Part shown: positions 63,970 through 64,000 of the stretch, in pieces
Layout: each line of letters begins with the position of its first letter
Numbering within the stretch: the stretch's first letter is position 1
Assembly (NCBI GenBank): GCA_963744875.1
Contig: CAVUVQ010000050.1
Span: 77,330-141,329 of the forward strand
Source: an uncultured Chloroflexia bacterium
GTDB lineage: Bacteria; Chloroflexota; Ktedonobacteria; Ktedonobacterales; Ktedonobacteraceae
Reading direction: 5' to 3'
Length of the DNA stretch: 64,000 nt
Program-made: the position numbers and the translations under genes
The notes under the pieces: generated by a model
Told to the model about the DNA's origin: nothing
What the model saw: only the letters and a program-made list of their open reading frames with translations
Databases searched by the model: none

Positions 63970-64000
63970 ATGTCCACCGTCGCATCTATTCCCAATATTG
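63970..64000 (+). CDS. Start of a gene running off the window (unknown)
   Basis: GAGGAAAAGGGGG upstream, then ATG 63970 (MSTVASIPNI...). Only 10 codons are visible. Confidence 0.3.
   Translation, partial: MSTVASIPNI

Overview
64-kb chromosomal segment of a roughly 50% GC bacterium with strong GGAGG-type ribosome-binding sites. No rRNA, tRNA, CRISPR array, transposase, integrase or phage gene was recognised. The gene content (three DinB-family genes, two XRE-HTH/TPR regulators, very large multidomain sensor kinases, many GTAG-headed palindromes) suggests a large-genome soil bacterium, possibly Chloroflexota/Ktedonobacteria-like. That taxonomic guess is inference I cannot verify without a search. 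Main blocks, in order: (1) a secreted GH54-type arabinofuranosidase catalytic domain and a sigma-70 factor. (2) A selenocysteine-type formate dehydrogenase operon (FdnG-like alpha with in-frame TGA plus SECIS, FdnH-like beta, NrfD-type membrane anchor); the alpha gene is broken by at least 5 frameshifts. (3) Housekeeping and metabolic genes (aldo/keto reductase, gabT, GNAT, class IV aminotransferase, EVE, DUF4342, DinB, methyltransferase). (4) A tightly linked gyrB-gyrA-like pair. (5) A frameshifted YihY/BrkB gene. (6) GAF/PAS and CHASE3 histidine kinases with several single-domain receivers. (7) A double-glycine-leader precursor peptide whose core is an 18-nt (hexapeptide) tandem repeat. (8) A murJ gene with a long repetitive N-terminal extension and about 5 frameshifts. 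(9) A CheB-CheR-PAS-histidine kinase fusion with an adjacent CheB-like gene. (10) A phenylacetyl-CoA epoxidase cluster (paaA, paaB, paaC) in which paaD is split into two ORFs. The most unusual non-genic signal is a diverse population of at least 11 REP-like palindromes built around GTAGGG/CCCTAC. It includes a 420-bp nested palindrome in which a 213-bp TIR-bounded element with a 9-bp target duplication sits inside one hairpin and itself carries another hairpin. All functional calls rest on my own recognition of translated motifs; no database search was run.
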